From Somniosus microcephalus (Eukaryota): a stretch of DNA of 64,000 bases. Of the stretch, positions 49,085 to 61,180 are shown one piece after another. Position numbers and translations under genes: made by a program. The notes below the pieces were generated by a model. It ran no database searches and was not told where the DNA came from. It saw only the letters and a program-made list of their open reading frames with translations. Numbering within the stretch: position 1 is the stretch's first letter; the number at the start of each line of letters is the position of its first letter. The stretch spans positions 28,272,001 to 28,336,000 of the forward strand of contig CM126227.1 of assembly GCA_052327205.1 (NCBI GenBank). The letters run 5' to 3'.

Positions 49085-49828
49085 TGGCCCAGATTTTGCG
49101 GTCAGCAGCGAAGGAATGGCGCTCGCCGTTGACCTCGAAAAAAAGCTGCCCACAAAGATTTAGCGGGCTCCAGAGCACAGATTTCCTCTATTCCGATGTC
49201 TGTTTGAAATTGACGCCTTCTACAGGCGATCTGTGGCATCTAGCAACAGGGCAGGCAGCAGGCAGGCTGAGAAGCCAATCAGATTGAAGAATTCTCACAG
49301 ACAGCAAAGCAGAAAGTAAAAAGCAGGGACTATAAATCACATTTAAATCATTGTACAGAAAGCGAAATAAAGATTGGGACATACACATGGGGTTAAGGGA
49401 AATACGTAAATATCAGAACATAAACTTAAAAAGAAGATTTTTCTGTTCTGAGGGAATGAGACTCCACACTTGTAAAATTAGTTTATCATAGCCAGAGAGG
49501 TTGTTCAGCAGTAATTATGGCTTAGTATGCCATTAAAAACTCAGTTAATCCTGATTGAACAAAGCTTAACATTTTCATTGGTCCTTACAGCGAGAATAGT
49601 GGGTAAATAGTTGAAGTTCACAACAAATCAGTGATTTCTATTTTGAGTCCATCTGCGAAGACTGCAATAGCGCACCCAGTGGAGGAACAGGGTATCACGG
49701 ACAGTAACTTCCAGATTTCCGTGTTTAACTGCACATTTGCAGAGGCCAGAAGTTGCTGTCAGTTTTACATAGTAGTGACGGCGCGCACTACCAGCCTCAC
49801 CATCATTACTACTGCAAATTCCGAGCCA
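49085..49828. mobile_element. Harbinger-like MITE (same family as 60011-60766)
   Basis: TIRs TGGCCCAGATTTTGC / GCAAATTCCGAGCCA; TAA/TTA flanks. Confidence 0.8.
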
Positions 49829-50360
49829 TTAGGTTCACCAATACTTTGGTAGCCTGAGACTGTCTGGTTATATAGATTTCAACCCAAAGCTCAAGGAATA
49901 GAGAAATTCAGACTTCAAATCATAATTAAGCAAATGAATCCCAATTTTGATTCTTTTAACTTATGCAACTGAGATGTAGGGTTCTGTGATAAGAAAGGCA
50001 TAAGTATTGTCAAATAAATTGTATTTTTTCACTTAATTCCTCACTGCTTCCCTCCACCATGCAGCTTTCAGCATTTCATCTAATTGTTGGCTTCATTTCG
50101 GATGCTTAATTCTATTTTATGTGACTAATATATTCCTCAGAGTCTGTTCTGTTTTCTTTTCCTCCTGCAGTTGTCCCCTCTGACACACCACTTTCCTAAA
50201 GGCAGCAACTCATGTCAGGGTTTGACTTTGCAAGTGATGACAGCCCTTCAATACTTCGCTCAAGTGGCTATTTTCATACATGAACCTAGACACTGAGCAT
50301 CAGGAGGTGATTTAAATGTGTGGGCTATCACAAGTCTACAATCCCGTCCTCACCTATAAC

Positions 50361-50840
50361 CAGAGAAATTTACAGCACTGACAGAGAGCATTCGACCCAT
50401 CGTCTCTGTGCCAGCCCTTTGCTGCAGAAATCCAAAACTAATCCCACAACTCTTGCTCCCTGTGGACCTATTTTTTCCTCTAATTCAAATGTTTGTCTAC
50501 TCTTCCCTTAAAAGATGTAATTGGCTCTGCCACAACTATTCCCTGTGGCAAAGCATTCCATGCTCTAACAACTCTATTATAAAAAGAATACACCTAATCG
50601 CTCTCTTTATTCTCTTAGTGGTAATTTTAAATTAATGACCCATCTTTACTGACTCCCCAACCAGAAGAAATAGTCTTTCCTAGTCACTCTATCAAAGTCC
50701 GTAATCATTTTAAAAACCTCTATTAAATCTGCTCTTAAGACGCCTCTGCTCCAGTGGAAATAGTTCCAGCATCTCAAGTCTCTCCTCATAACAAGAATTT
50801 CTCCTCTGCCGTCATCCTGGTGAATTTACTATAATCTCCG
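50361..50840 (-). mobile_element. Degraded CR1 3' fragment
   Basis: Reverse-complement similarity to other CR1 tails in the window. Confidence 0.6.
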
Positions 50841-51056
50841 AGTAATGCATGTAAACTTCCAGAAAAGGTCACTGGATATGAACCATCAGGAAAACCCTGG
50901 CCATTTTCCTCTCCCAAACTGAAGATGCTGAGATCTATATCACTACCTTCCTTGACTGATGTCAGAACAGGCTTTAAGCCAAGGACCAGTGCCACGTAAT
51001 GAGCCATCAAGTAAAACCTGTTCTCAAGCAGGCAAGTAATAATGATTCTCTAAATC

Positions 51057-51637
51057 CAGAATCATGGAATAGAATCATAGAAGTTTTACGGCACAGAAGG
51101 AGGTATTTGTGCTGGCCAAAAAAGAGCTATCCAGCCTACTCCCACTTTCCAGCTCTTGGGCCGTAGCCTTGTAGGTTACGGCACTTCAAGTGCCTATCCA
51201 AGTACTTTTTAGATGCGATGAGGGTTCCTACCTCTTCCACCCTTTCAGGCAGTGAGTTCCAGACCCCCACCACCCTCTGAGTGGAAAATATTCTCCTCAA
51301 CTCCCCTCTAATCTTTCTACCAATTACTTTAAATCTATGCCCCCTGGTTATTGACCACTCTGCTAAGGGGAAATAGGTCCTTTCTGTCCACTCTATCTAG
51401 GCCTCTCATAATTTTATACACCTCAATAAGGTCTCCCCCTCAGCCTCCTCTGTTCCAGAGAAAACAACCCCAGCCTATCCAATCTTTCCTAGTAGCTAAA
51501 ATTCTCCAGTCCTGGTAACATCCTCATCAATCTCCTTTGTACTCTCTCTAGTGCAATCATGTCTTTCCTGTAATGTGGTGACCAGAACTGTACGCAGTAC
51601 TCTAGCTGCGCCCTAACTAGTGTTTCATACAGTTCAT
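51057..51637 (-). mobile_element. CR1 3' fragment
   Basis: (AGAATCAT)n tail and RT C-terminal coding remnants. Confidence 0.85.
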
Positions 51638-52102
51638 TTATTAGATTTCAGAGAGAACAAGGTCTTTTTTGTAAAGGCAGAAATGAGAACAATTGAAATG
51701 ATACACAAAACTAATTGCTGTTGGAAAGTAAAAAGGTTGACTTTTGAAAGCTATCTTTTTTTGAAACCAATGAGCCGCCTGAATTAACTGGAAGAATTTC
51801 AAAATAAATTTGACATAGTCAACTGTGAATACATGTAAATACAATATACTGCTTGCAATAAATTTGCTTGGCTTTGTATTCATCAGCATGAGGGCTTACA
51901 TTGCTGGGGGAGTTTATGTTATGCTGCTGCCTATCTGTGAAAACTAACATACCATAAGAGTGCTTATTGCTGACATGTTTGGTCCCTCTTTGTGCCCAGT
52001 GTCGACATCAATCACTCCGACATCAGCTGTCACAATTGTTATAGGCAGTGTCAAGCTTCTTCTGTCCTCTCCTAAAATATGCTTCAGTATCAACCTCAAA
52101 CT

Positions 52103-52548
52103 CAGAACAGCACCCTTAACTGCACTACCACGATCGTACCAGAACAGCACCCTTAACTGCACTACCATGATAGTACCAGAACAGCACCCTTAACTACACT
52201 ACCATGATAGTACCAGAACAGCACCCTTAACTGCACTACCATGATAGTACCAGAACAGCACCCTTAACTACACTACCATGATAGTACCAGAACAACACCC
52301 TTAACTGCACTACCATGATAGTACCAGAACAGCACCCTTAACTGCACTACCATGATCGTACCAGAACAGCACCCTTAACTGCACTACCATGATAGTACCA
52401 GAACAGCACCCTTAACTGCACTACCATGATAGTACCAGAACAGCACCCTTAACTGCACTACCATGATAGTACCAGAACAGCACCCTTAACTGCACTACCA
52501 TGATAGTACGAGAACAGCACCCTTAACTACACTACCATGATCGTACCA
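52103..52548 (+). repeat. Minisatellite, 12 x 37 bp (CAGAACAGCACCCTTAACTGCACTACCATGATAGTAC)
   Basis: Exact 37-bp period; units differ by only 0-2 substitutions; no spacers. Confidence 0.97.
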
Positions 52549-53828
52549 TTTTCTATATTACTCACCCTTCAGGCATCTCTGGATAAGAATGTCCAATTAA
52601 TATTGAGCTGCAGCAATTTTATGCTGTGGGTCTGTGTCCATGAGGAATTACTTGTGATTCTACAAGCTCATTTCATTTTAGACCCTTAACTACCATCAGA
52701 AAGAGATTTTCAGTTCTCCCTCTGGGCTGGCTTGAGAGATTATCATTAGTAATATTGTGTCTTGCCTTGATATTCATGTACATACTCTGTACCTCTCCCA
52801 GTGGTATTTACATTAAATATCAAACCTTTGCTTGCAATAAGTAGCCAGCAATGGTTACAGTAAAAGGTTACCAATTTATATATCCATAACAACCATAAAA
52901 AATGTGACCTTTGATTACTCAATGCCAAATTGCAAATTGGAAGTGACTTAGTGATTATAGCTAATTATTCCATCTTTCCAGTATAATTGGCCAACATTTG
53001 CTTATATGACCAGGCGAAAAGTTCTTGAAAGTGATGCATGGCTTAGTGAAAGAAATCACAATACAGAGTGTGAGAGGGGGGCTCAAAGATTTAACTTCTT
53101 GAGCACATTCTCTCTTGAAGTAAGTCAGATAGCCATGGCATGATTTCTATCTGAGGAAAGGCTGTGCGATTAATTGCACAATTCATGTTTTGCAGGCCAA
53201 GGTGTACTGCACCAAGTTGTACTGCAAACCTTTGGCGATGCGACCAAGGTCTAGAACATAAGGTATTGCGCAATAATCTCTAGACCGTTTCGTCCTTGCA
53301 TGCTTGCTGGCATGAACATTCCTGCTGCAATATTTCCATCTTTCCAGTTCTGAGGCCACTGTAAATACAAAAACAGCTCGATTCAAGCTTGGGACTCGGC
53401 CTTCAAATTGGAACAGAAGTATTTAATCAAATGACTTAACTGCAGATAAACAGGATCCAATTTACTAACTTTCTGTGGCTGAAGTATATTGAAGCTTAAG
53501 AGCTTTCGTTTACAACTTTAGTTACACTGTTCTCTGACTTTCATGAGATTTAAGTTCACCCCTTTGACTTGGACAATGAGGTCAACTTAACAAAATGAAT
53601 CAGCTTTTCCTTGTTCTTATCTTACACCCTATATGATGGTATCGGTGTTTTCCTATAGTATTTTGCAATTTTAGCAACCAGTGACATTGGTACTTAGTAC
53701 CATGGACAGCTCCCTGATATAGTGCACTTTTCTAACTGACTTTGTAATACAACATATACATAGTTTGGGGTACACACTTGGGACCTTAGTCAGTATAAAG
53801 TATTCAGTAGCATTCCACAGTAAGTACT

Positions 53829-54710
53829 AAAGGCATTGAATAATTATTGAGGATGTATTCTAATATTTTTGGTTCTTGTTGATCCAATTATGTTTCACCA
53901 GTGGTAAATCCAGCAATTGCTATCTGTTTTACTGATACAGCCTTACAATTGTGTTTTAGTCTTCACCATCAGCACTGTTGTAGAAAGCCAACAATATATT
54001 GTTATGGCAGAGGGCTTTCCGGTTTAACATAGGTTGGGTGGATGTATCCACTGCCCTGCTGCTGTATATTACCCTCAAAATTAGATAAGAGGCAGGTGTT
54101 TATAGATAATATCAAATAAAATCACGACTTATCTGTGTTCAAAGCTCAACTTTCTTTGAGTCATCCTGAAATATTGATTCCCCATCCTCGGTCTTGCCAC
54201 CTACTGGATTTTAAAGATTTGAGTAACCTGGTGACATAACATGCTGGTGAGTTCTCTATAACAACCAGGGTACCACACGGAACAGTTGAACAGCGGCTAA
54301 GTGTTTCCCTAGTGCGGGAGAGGAAATCTTGATATATTGGTTACCCTGAACAATTGTTCCTAGCAGGCAAATACAGAACTACATTTTCATAAGGCTAGGA
54401 ACAGACCTGGCTTCTGAGCCAGGATAAAATGCATGAAAATACATTCATGGAAATGAGGGAAACAACTAAATGATGGAGGATACAACCTTAAGATATCTTA
54501 AGAGTTTTCTTTTAAGTAAAATATGATCACAGGAACTCTCTTACCTTTTCAGTAAGCCCCAAAGGCATTGAATAATTATTGCGGATATATTCTAGCATTT
54601 TGTTCTGGTTGATTCAATTGTTTTTCTCCATCAGTAAATCCACCAATTGGTATTTGTATTTTCTGATATAACCTTACCATGTCTTCACCATGGGCACTGC
54701 GGTAGAAAGC
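53829..54710 (+). repeat. Diverged direct duplication (53829-53988 and 54561-54710)
   Basis: Both begin AAAGGCATTGAATAATTATTG and end GTCTTCACCAT..GCACTG..GTAGAAAGC. Confidence 0.85.
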
Positions 54711-54734
54711 TAATATCTCTTAGATCCCCAGTAT

Positions 54735-55090
54735 TCAGTTGGTAGAGGCAGGGTACAACTGAATCATACAGACACAAAAGTCCTGGGATTCATGATCTAT
54801 ATGCTAGGTTAGTTGAACTCTGCCAGGGCAGCAGTCGAGACTCAACAATTGGCTTTATCACCCCAGAGCTAGGAAGAGAAAATGTAGTCAGGGTTCCCAA
54901 TTATGATTACTAATCAATGTGCCTGTGTAAATGTTGGGTGAGGACAGGATTGGTCTCTGTTGTGACATCCCTTACAGTCGAATGATCTCCCAACGCTTTG
55001 TGTAGGCTCGTACATGAAGAATGTCCACTTGGGCATCTGGTGCACACGGAACCCTAACCCAACAGGAGTCAGCACCTTCACAAGAGAAGG
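54735..55090 (+). mobile_element. Degraded ancient SINE (relatives at ~15870-16040, ~35020-35225 and ~41540-41880)
   Basis: Shared diverged blocks such as GAGTTAG.TGA.CTC, GGG..TAGGAAG and GGACAGGATTGG.CTC.G.TGTGA. Confidence 0.45.
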
Positions 55091-55373
55091 GGAGAAAATT
55101 AGCAAAAGGGGCTATTTGAATATTGATTTCTACCAGCAATGTGCATTTGTAACAATTCAACTCTTGCACTGGGAATGGGAAACTGGCTTATTGTTTCTAC
55201 AGAAAAAATATTATTTTGCAGACTTATTTCCTACAATTTGTGCTGTCCTTCAACTAGCACCTCACAAGGAGATCCAAACTTAATTCCTATCTAAAGCAGT
55301 TAAGGCCGACCACACGCACAGCTATCATTGAGATTTAATTAGTATCTAACTAAATTCTCCTTTTTTTGGTTAG

Positions 55374-55600
55374 GTTTTCCAACCTCACAGGTCCAGCAGC
55401 CCGGTGAATCTCAGGTTCTCCAGCCCCAAGGCATTCTCTACCTCCAAAAGAAGAAGAGACACTCCCGTCAGGACCCTTATGCTTATTTTTCTGCCATGAA
55501 AGAAGAGTTTCACAAGTACAGACACCAGCCTGAGGATGAAATGGCCATTCTGGATAAGGTGGATCATGAAGAACACGATGGGCAGGCAACCCTGCTCTAG
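55374..55600 (+). CDS. IGSF9B: IGSF9B terminal coding exon (SFPTSQVQQPGESQVL...KKKRHSRQDPY...DHEEHDGQATLL*)
   Basis: TTAG acceptor ends at 55373; phase 1; TAG at 55598-55600. Resembles human 'KKKRHSRPDPF...DHDDPGHATLL'. C-terminal class I PDZ-binding motif (T-L-L). Confidence 0.95.
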
Positions 55601-58600
55601 TAACAGTTAATAGTTTAACAAAATACTTGACAAGATTTGTGAATTTGTGTACAGAATGTGTTTCTCTGCTCAGAGAAGCCAAGTACAGACCCTGCGGTAG
55701 AAGTGAGCCTTGTGGTCTCAGTTGTGTAAACAGCAGTGCTACAGTGCTATTTTCTTAGCTACCTACCCCACAATTAAAAGTATCAGCACTGTATTCGTAT
55801 ATATCCCTTGAAAGGTCTACTTAAAGGGTGGCAATATTTTGTTTTGCCAACCCACTTAGTTTAAGTGCTTGAAAAAAATTGGTGTGAAGAAACATGTAGT
55901 TTGTAATAATTTTAAGCCAAGAATATGATAACACATCTAATCGGGGAACATTTATCTGCCCATCATTAACGTCATATCCCCTCCAAGATGATTTCAGAAC
56001 GTCAGTGTGACAGGTCAGTCAGTGATGGCATATATCATGTGAACAGGTATGTGTGCTTTGACAGATCTTGCTGCTTTACGATGTCACCGTTTCTAATAGG
56101 TACATGTGCTCAATCTCACTCTACCACTTAAGATGGCGCCATGTCAGGTGCTGAATTTACTGTTTTTGTACAGCGCATCTGAACAGTGAAGTAATGCTTC
56201 ACACACAGTGAGGTTTATAATGAAAGTTTAATGCTGAATGGTACATGCTTGCTGTGGTTTTGTTAATACACTTCTGCCCCTTGTATTATTTCTGCTGAAA
56301 TGCCCCAGCACCTATTTTGTTAGTCTCTGTTAAAATAGATTCAACAAAATTGCCATTGAGCATTAAGCATTTCAGAAGCCACCCTGCTCCAAGATGGCTT
56401 TAACTTTTACGGTTTATGGTTTTCTCTTTTGCCACAGTTTGCATAGTTATATATTTGGCGAATGAGACAAACTGGATTTAAAAGGAGTGTAGCAAAGTAT
56501 TGGAAATTCGCCCAAACAGTGTTGTAGAGCATTCCATTAAATACAGGTAAGCAGGTGAAGGATTACCTTGTTCAAGATGGTGTTAAGATTGTTACACCAT
56601 CTGAAACAGGACTGACAATCATATTCTTTAAAATATTATTGTGGGCTTTCTCTTCTAAAGCCTGCATTTAGTAGTGGATTAACCCATTCACTTTTTCACT
56701 GATATCAGTCAGATTCCTTAATTTCATATTTGGTAGTTTACCAAAAGTGTTTGTTGCCTGAGTCAAACGATCATAAATGGGTTAATTCAGTCCTTTCACC
56801 TCTTCCTATACTTGCAAAGCCGTGTAACAATCTTTACATAATCATAATGGCAATGAAGCAGGTTTTTACCCATGCACCTGACTTCTGTCACTGGGATAGA
56901 AAATCCCTTCATTGATCCTGCGACCTGTTTAGCCACGCGTGGAGATCAAAGCTGGTATTTGATAAGAGAACTGATCTCCATGCAATAGGAACTGGTGACC
57001 AATCTGACTACTTATTAGCCCAGCTAATATCCTGTACTCAAGGCTATTGTCATTACCAGTGCCTGTTTGTATGAGAACCATAATCCAATTATTTGGATTA
57101 TTTGGCTTTCAATATCCAGTCAGATAATCGATTGAATTTTATTTCAAGGAAATTGGTTGGATATAGCTAAATCAAAATTGGTCCAATGTTGCAAGGTTGA
57201 ACCTCTTTGAATATTGCCGATTCAAAACTGATTAGATATTGCAGTTTTGATAACCGATTGGATACTGGAAAAGCAAGCTTAGTCTAGTACTCATTGACAC
57301 GATTCAGACGTGAATTAATAAAATGTGAATGGAATATTTCCATTGTCATAGAAAATCTGGCATTTAATAAACTAGCAATCAGAAAGTGAATTATTCAGCT
57401 TTAGCAGCTTTTATATTTAAGTATTTTTGGGAGAAAGTGAAGTGAGGAGAGGGGAAGGGGTATTGATATAAAATATAATTGCAATAGCCAGAATTCACTT
57501 TTCCCCCCCTTCTATCAGACTTTAGTAATGTGCAAGACTTGTTAATGCACATGGACCATTACGCGTTCACAAACCCATACTTAGGACGGCCTCAGGTAGC
57601 TGTAACTTGTCCCTCTTTGTGATGCTGCCTTTTACTTTTCAGATAGCAGCATTTCTTTGTGTGGACAAAATGTGCATCAAACCGATGCAATCCAAGAGAA
57701 TTTTAGCGAAATCCTTAAACAATGCTCAGTAATCAACAGCAGAAAAGAATTTTCAACCTGCAACTTATCAGAACTCCTGCCTGATATTGATTGGCCAATA
57801 AAATGCTGTTTTGCAACCATTTGATACCGAATATGATCATGTTCTCTAATCAATGATGATTTCTGAGTTACACTGCAAAAGCCCATTTACAACGTAAAAG
57901 TTATCGCCCTTGGAATAATTGTTGATGATGCATTGGTATCCTTTCAATCTGTCAAAGATGAATGAGATGATCATGAGTTCATGGGAGTGGCCCATTTGTG
58001 AAAGAACTGCCATAGCTCAATGTCTCAGGTGGGATATCCAATAAATAGCCTGCAGTGATTTATACGTGTGGGAATATATGACTCCCATCTTTCTCTTGGT
58101 TCACACTGCCTTTGCGCTATAGACAGCGCCTGTTGAAATCTAAACAGCGCAATCTGAGATTTCTTTAACATCGGTGTGTATGGTATGAATGGAATACTTG
58201 TCAGTGAATGCTGGCTTGCGAGAATAGCCCACTCATGACATTCTGCAATATTTTTAAGAAACCTTTGAATAATTTAAACCGAGCGACAAGACCTTTCCGT
58301 TATTATCATTCAAATGTAATCAGTACGTCCCCAGTGTCGAAAGATGAGAGCAAATGTACTTGAATAATGACTTCCTCCTCTGTATTTACATTCTTTTTGG
58401 CTTGGTGTGGAAACATTTTTAGCGAAAAAATGTTTATTCAGAGAAAGTACTGAGATTGATAAATGTGAGAGATATATTTATAGTTCTGTATAATTAGTGT
58501 GGTAACTGCCACAAAAATGTTGGATAGGGACATTTCCTCTCTTTGTAGCAGAAATCGTTTATGTACTGAGACATTCATTTTTACAGATGCTTTATTAATG

Positions 58601-58860
58601 ATGCATGCAGCTCGAAAGTCAAGTATACTTTGAAGAAAAATCGAGGAAAATGGAAGTGAAATTAGCCTGGAAAATATGTACAAAGGAACTGAACACTAGA
58701 ATATTAAGATAGTTGTTGTTTAGCAGAATGGTTCTGCTGCATGGTAAAGCTTTGGGATGTATTTATTGATGTGGGAATTAGGGAATGAAGTGTAGCAGAC
58801 ATTTTTTCGAGGTGGTTGGCAGTTCATGTTCAACATGCAGACAGCTTGTTGAAATAAATG
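55601..58860 (+). other. IGSF9B: Probable IGSF9B 3' UTR (end uncertain)
   Basis: TE-poor sequence after the stop codon with several AATAAA hexamers (~57316, ~57365, ~57797, ~58040, ~58853). The site actually used cannot be determined from sequence. Confidence 0.5.
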
Positions 58861-58916
58861 GAGGAGTTCTGAAATGAAAGGTAGATATAATATACACACA
58901 CAGTGTAATATTCTAA

Positions 58917-59892
58917 AAATAGAAGATGTTATTACCTTGATTAGCTCACTCCTTCAACCTTCTAAACTCCAGGGAATACAAGCCAAGTTTATGCAACCTG
59001 TCCTCATAATTTAACCCTTAAAGCCCTTGGTACCATTCTGGCGAATCTGTGCTGTGCCCCTTCCAAGGCCAATATATCCTTCCTGAGGTTCCTACCTCCC
59101 AAACAATTACCAACCCATATCACAAGGTGTATGGACAAGAGCAACAATCTGGGGTAGCACTGGCATTTCAAAGTGATGTCATGAGCTTCCAAAGCCATTA
59201 TAATTGGACGGAATTGTGTCAGTTGATACTGAACCAGGCTGTGCAGCGCCTTACTGAATTGTTCGGTGGGGTGAAAAAAAATCAGTATCTACCTTTTCCA
59301 CCTGCCTGTTGTGGTTATCTATTACCTACCAGTGCCTTTAGATTGGAAAATTGCAAATATCACTCCATTATTTATGAAGGGAGGGAGAGAGAGAAACTAG
59401 GTAACTACGGATCCTCAGTTTAACATGAGTTGTGGGATGGTTACTGGAATCTATCATCAGAGACAGAGTGACTGAGCACTTGGACAAGTATCAAGCTAAT
59501 CAAAGAGTCAGCATGGATTTGTGAAGAGTAGGTCATGTTTGACCAATCTAATTTAATTTTTTGAAGAGGTCACTAGCTTGGTGGACAGTTGAATGTTGTC
59601 TATATGGACTTCCAGAAGGCATTTGATAAGGTTCCACACAAGAGATTATTAGTAAAAATAAGAGCGCATGGAATTGGAGATAACCTTGTAACATGGGTTG
59701 GGAATTGGTTGGGTGATAGGAACCTCAGGAAGGATATATTGGCCTTGGAAGGGTTTTAGCACAGATTCACCCGAATTATATCAGGGCTTTAAGGGTTAAA
59801 TTATGAGGACAGGTTGGACAAAGTTGGCTTGTTTTCCCTTGAGTTTAGAAGGTTGAGGGGCGATCAAATCCAGGTAATAGCATCTTCTATTT
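58917..59892. repeat. Inverted duplication of a deleted CR1 fragment (arms 58917-59128 and 59683-59892)
   Basis: Both arms share the same internal CR1 deletion junction and the same non-LINE flank (TAAYARCATCTTCTATTT). Confidence 0.8.
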
Positions 59893-60010
59893 ATTTTCCT
59901 ACTGTAGATTTTCCAACTACAGTATTATTGTGGACCAATTAACTTTTTTTTAAACTCATTTTATTAACCTTTGAAGTCTGTTCATTTAAAGTCCAACATT
60001 TTTGTGTCAA

Positions 60011-60766
60011 GGGCCTAGATTTTGCAGTCAGCGGTGAAGGAACAGTGCTCGCTGTTCACTACACTGACTGTTGCTCACGGAGTTTTCACGTGGAAACATT
60101 TGAGCAGAGACTTGCTGTCAACGGCCATCTGATCCAGCGTGGCGCCCTCTACAGAGGACCTGTGGCGCTTGTGAGCAGAATAAGCAACAGCGAGGCTCTT
60201 CAACCAATCAGATTGAAGAATCCTCACTGAGATGCGCAAAGTCTAAACCAGGAAGTATAAATTAGATTTCAATCATGTACAGAAAGTGAAATAAAGAGAG
60301 GGGATGGAAGATGGGATTAAGAGAAAGAGATAAAAGAGACAGACAGAAAATGTAAAAACAAACATTTTCTTTTTTTTTTAAACTTCAACACTAATTACAT
60401 TCTGAAGGATTGTAAAATTAAATTTTCAGTGCCAGAGAGGTTGTTTGTAGTTATATGACTGATCATGCCATTAAAAATTCACTTACACCTGAATGCACCA
60501 GCCCTAACATTTTCTAGCATGTTTAGTGGGTAAATAATGGGTAAGTACCCCAACTTCATGCCCTTACATTGAATTCAATGCCACGTCTGTCAGTGAGGTA
60601 CTGTTATAGCACAGCCTGTGGAGGAGCAGGGTAACTTGGACAGCAGCTTCTGGATTTCTGCGTTTAACTGCACATGTGCGGTCTCCGGAAGTTGCTATCC
60701 GATTTAATCCATAATAACAGTGAGTGCTGTTAGGCTCACCGCTATTCTGAACATAAAATCCGGCCC
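60011..60766. mobile_element. Harbinger-like MITE
   Basis: GGGCCTAGATTTTG / TAAAATCCGGCCC; colinear with 49085-49828. Confidence 0.8.
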
Positions 60767-60899
60767 ATTGTTCTTTTTAAATATCCTCACACTCATTTCT
60801 GCTCAAATTATGCTATGATCACTGGATCCTAGATGCTCTCTTACTTCTACCTTCTATACTATATCTGTATCATTATGAAAGATTAGATGCAATATTGCT

Positions 60900-61180
60900 T
60901 CTGACTGTATAGGCTGTACAACAGAATAAGAAACCAATCCTTTATCGCCACTAGAAACGTGCACTGCCCCTTAGCTTTTCTTCTATTTTCCCAGTCAATA
61001 TCTAAGTAATTGAAATCCCCATGATTAATGTTCTGGCCTTTTTTATAGGTCTCTGATTTGCAAAACATTACCTGGTTTATGCACTCTTCCTGTCCAGAAA
61101 ATCTATAAAAATAATAAATACCTTTACTATCCTTGACCTCAATCCACATTGTCTCTGTGGCATCTGTCAAGATGCATTTC
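60900..61180 (-). mobile_element. Degraded CR1 endonuclease fragment
   Basis: ORF 60883-61182 contains ETMWIEV and GDFNYLDIDW. Confidence 0.6.

Noticed and set aside
52103-52548. 37-bp repeat array as a CRISPR array
   Set aside because: Units are contiguous with no unique spacers, there are no cas genes, and the context is a vertebrate intron.
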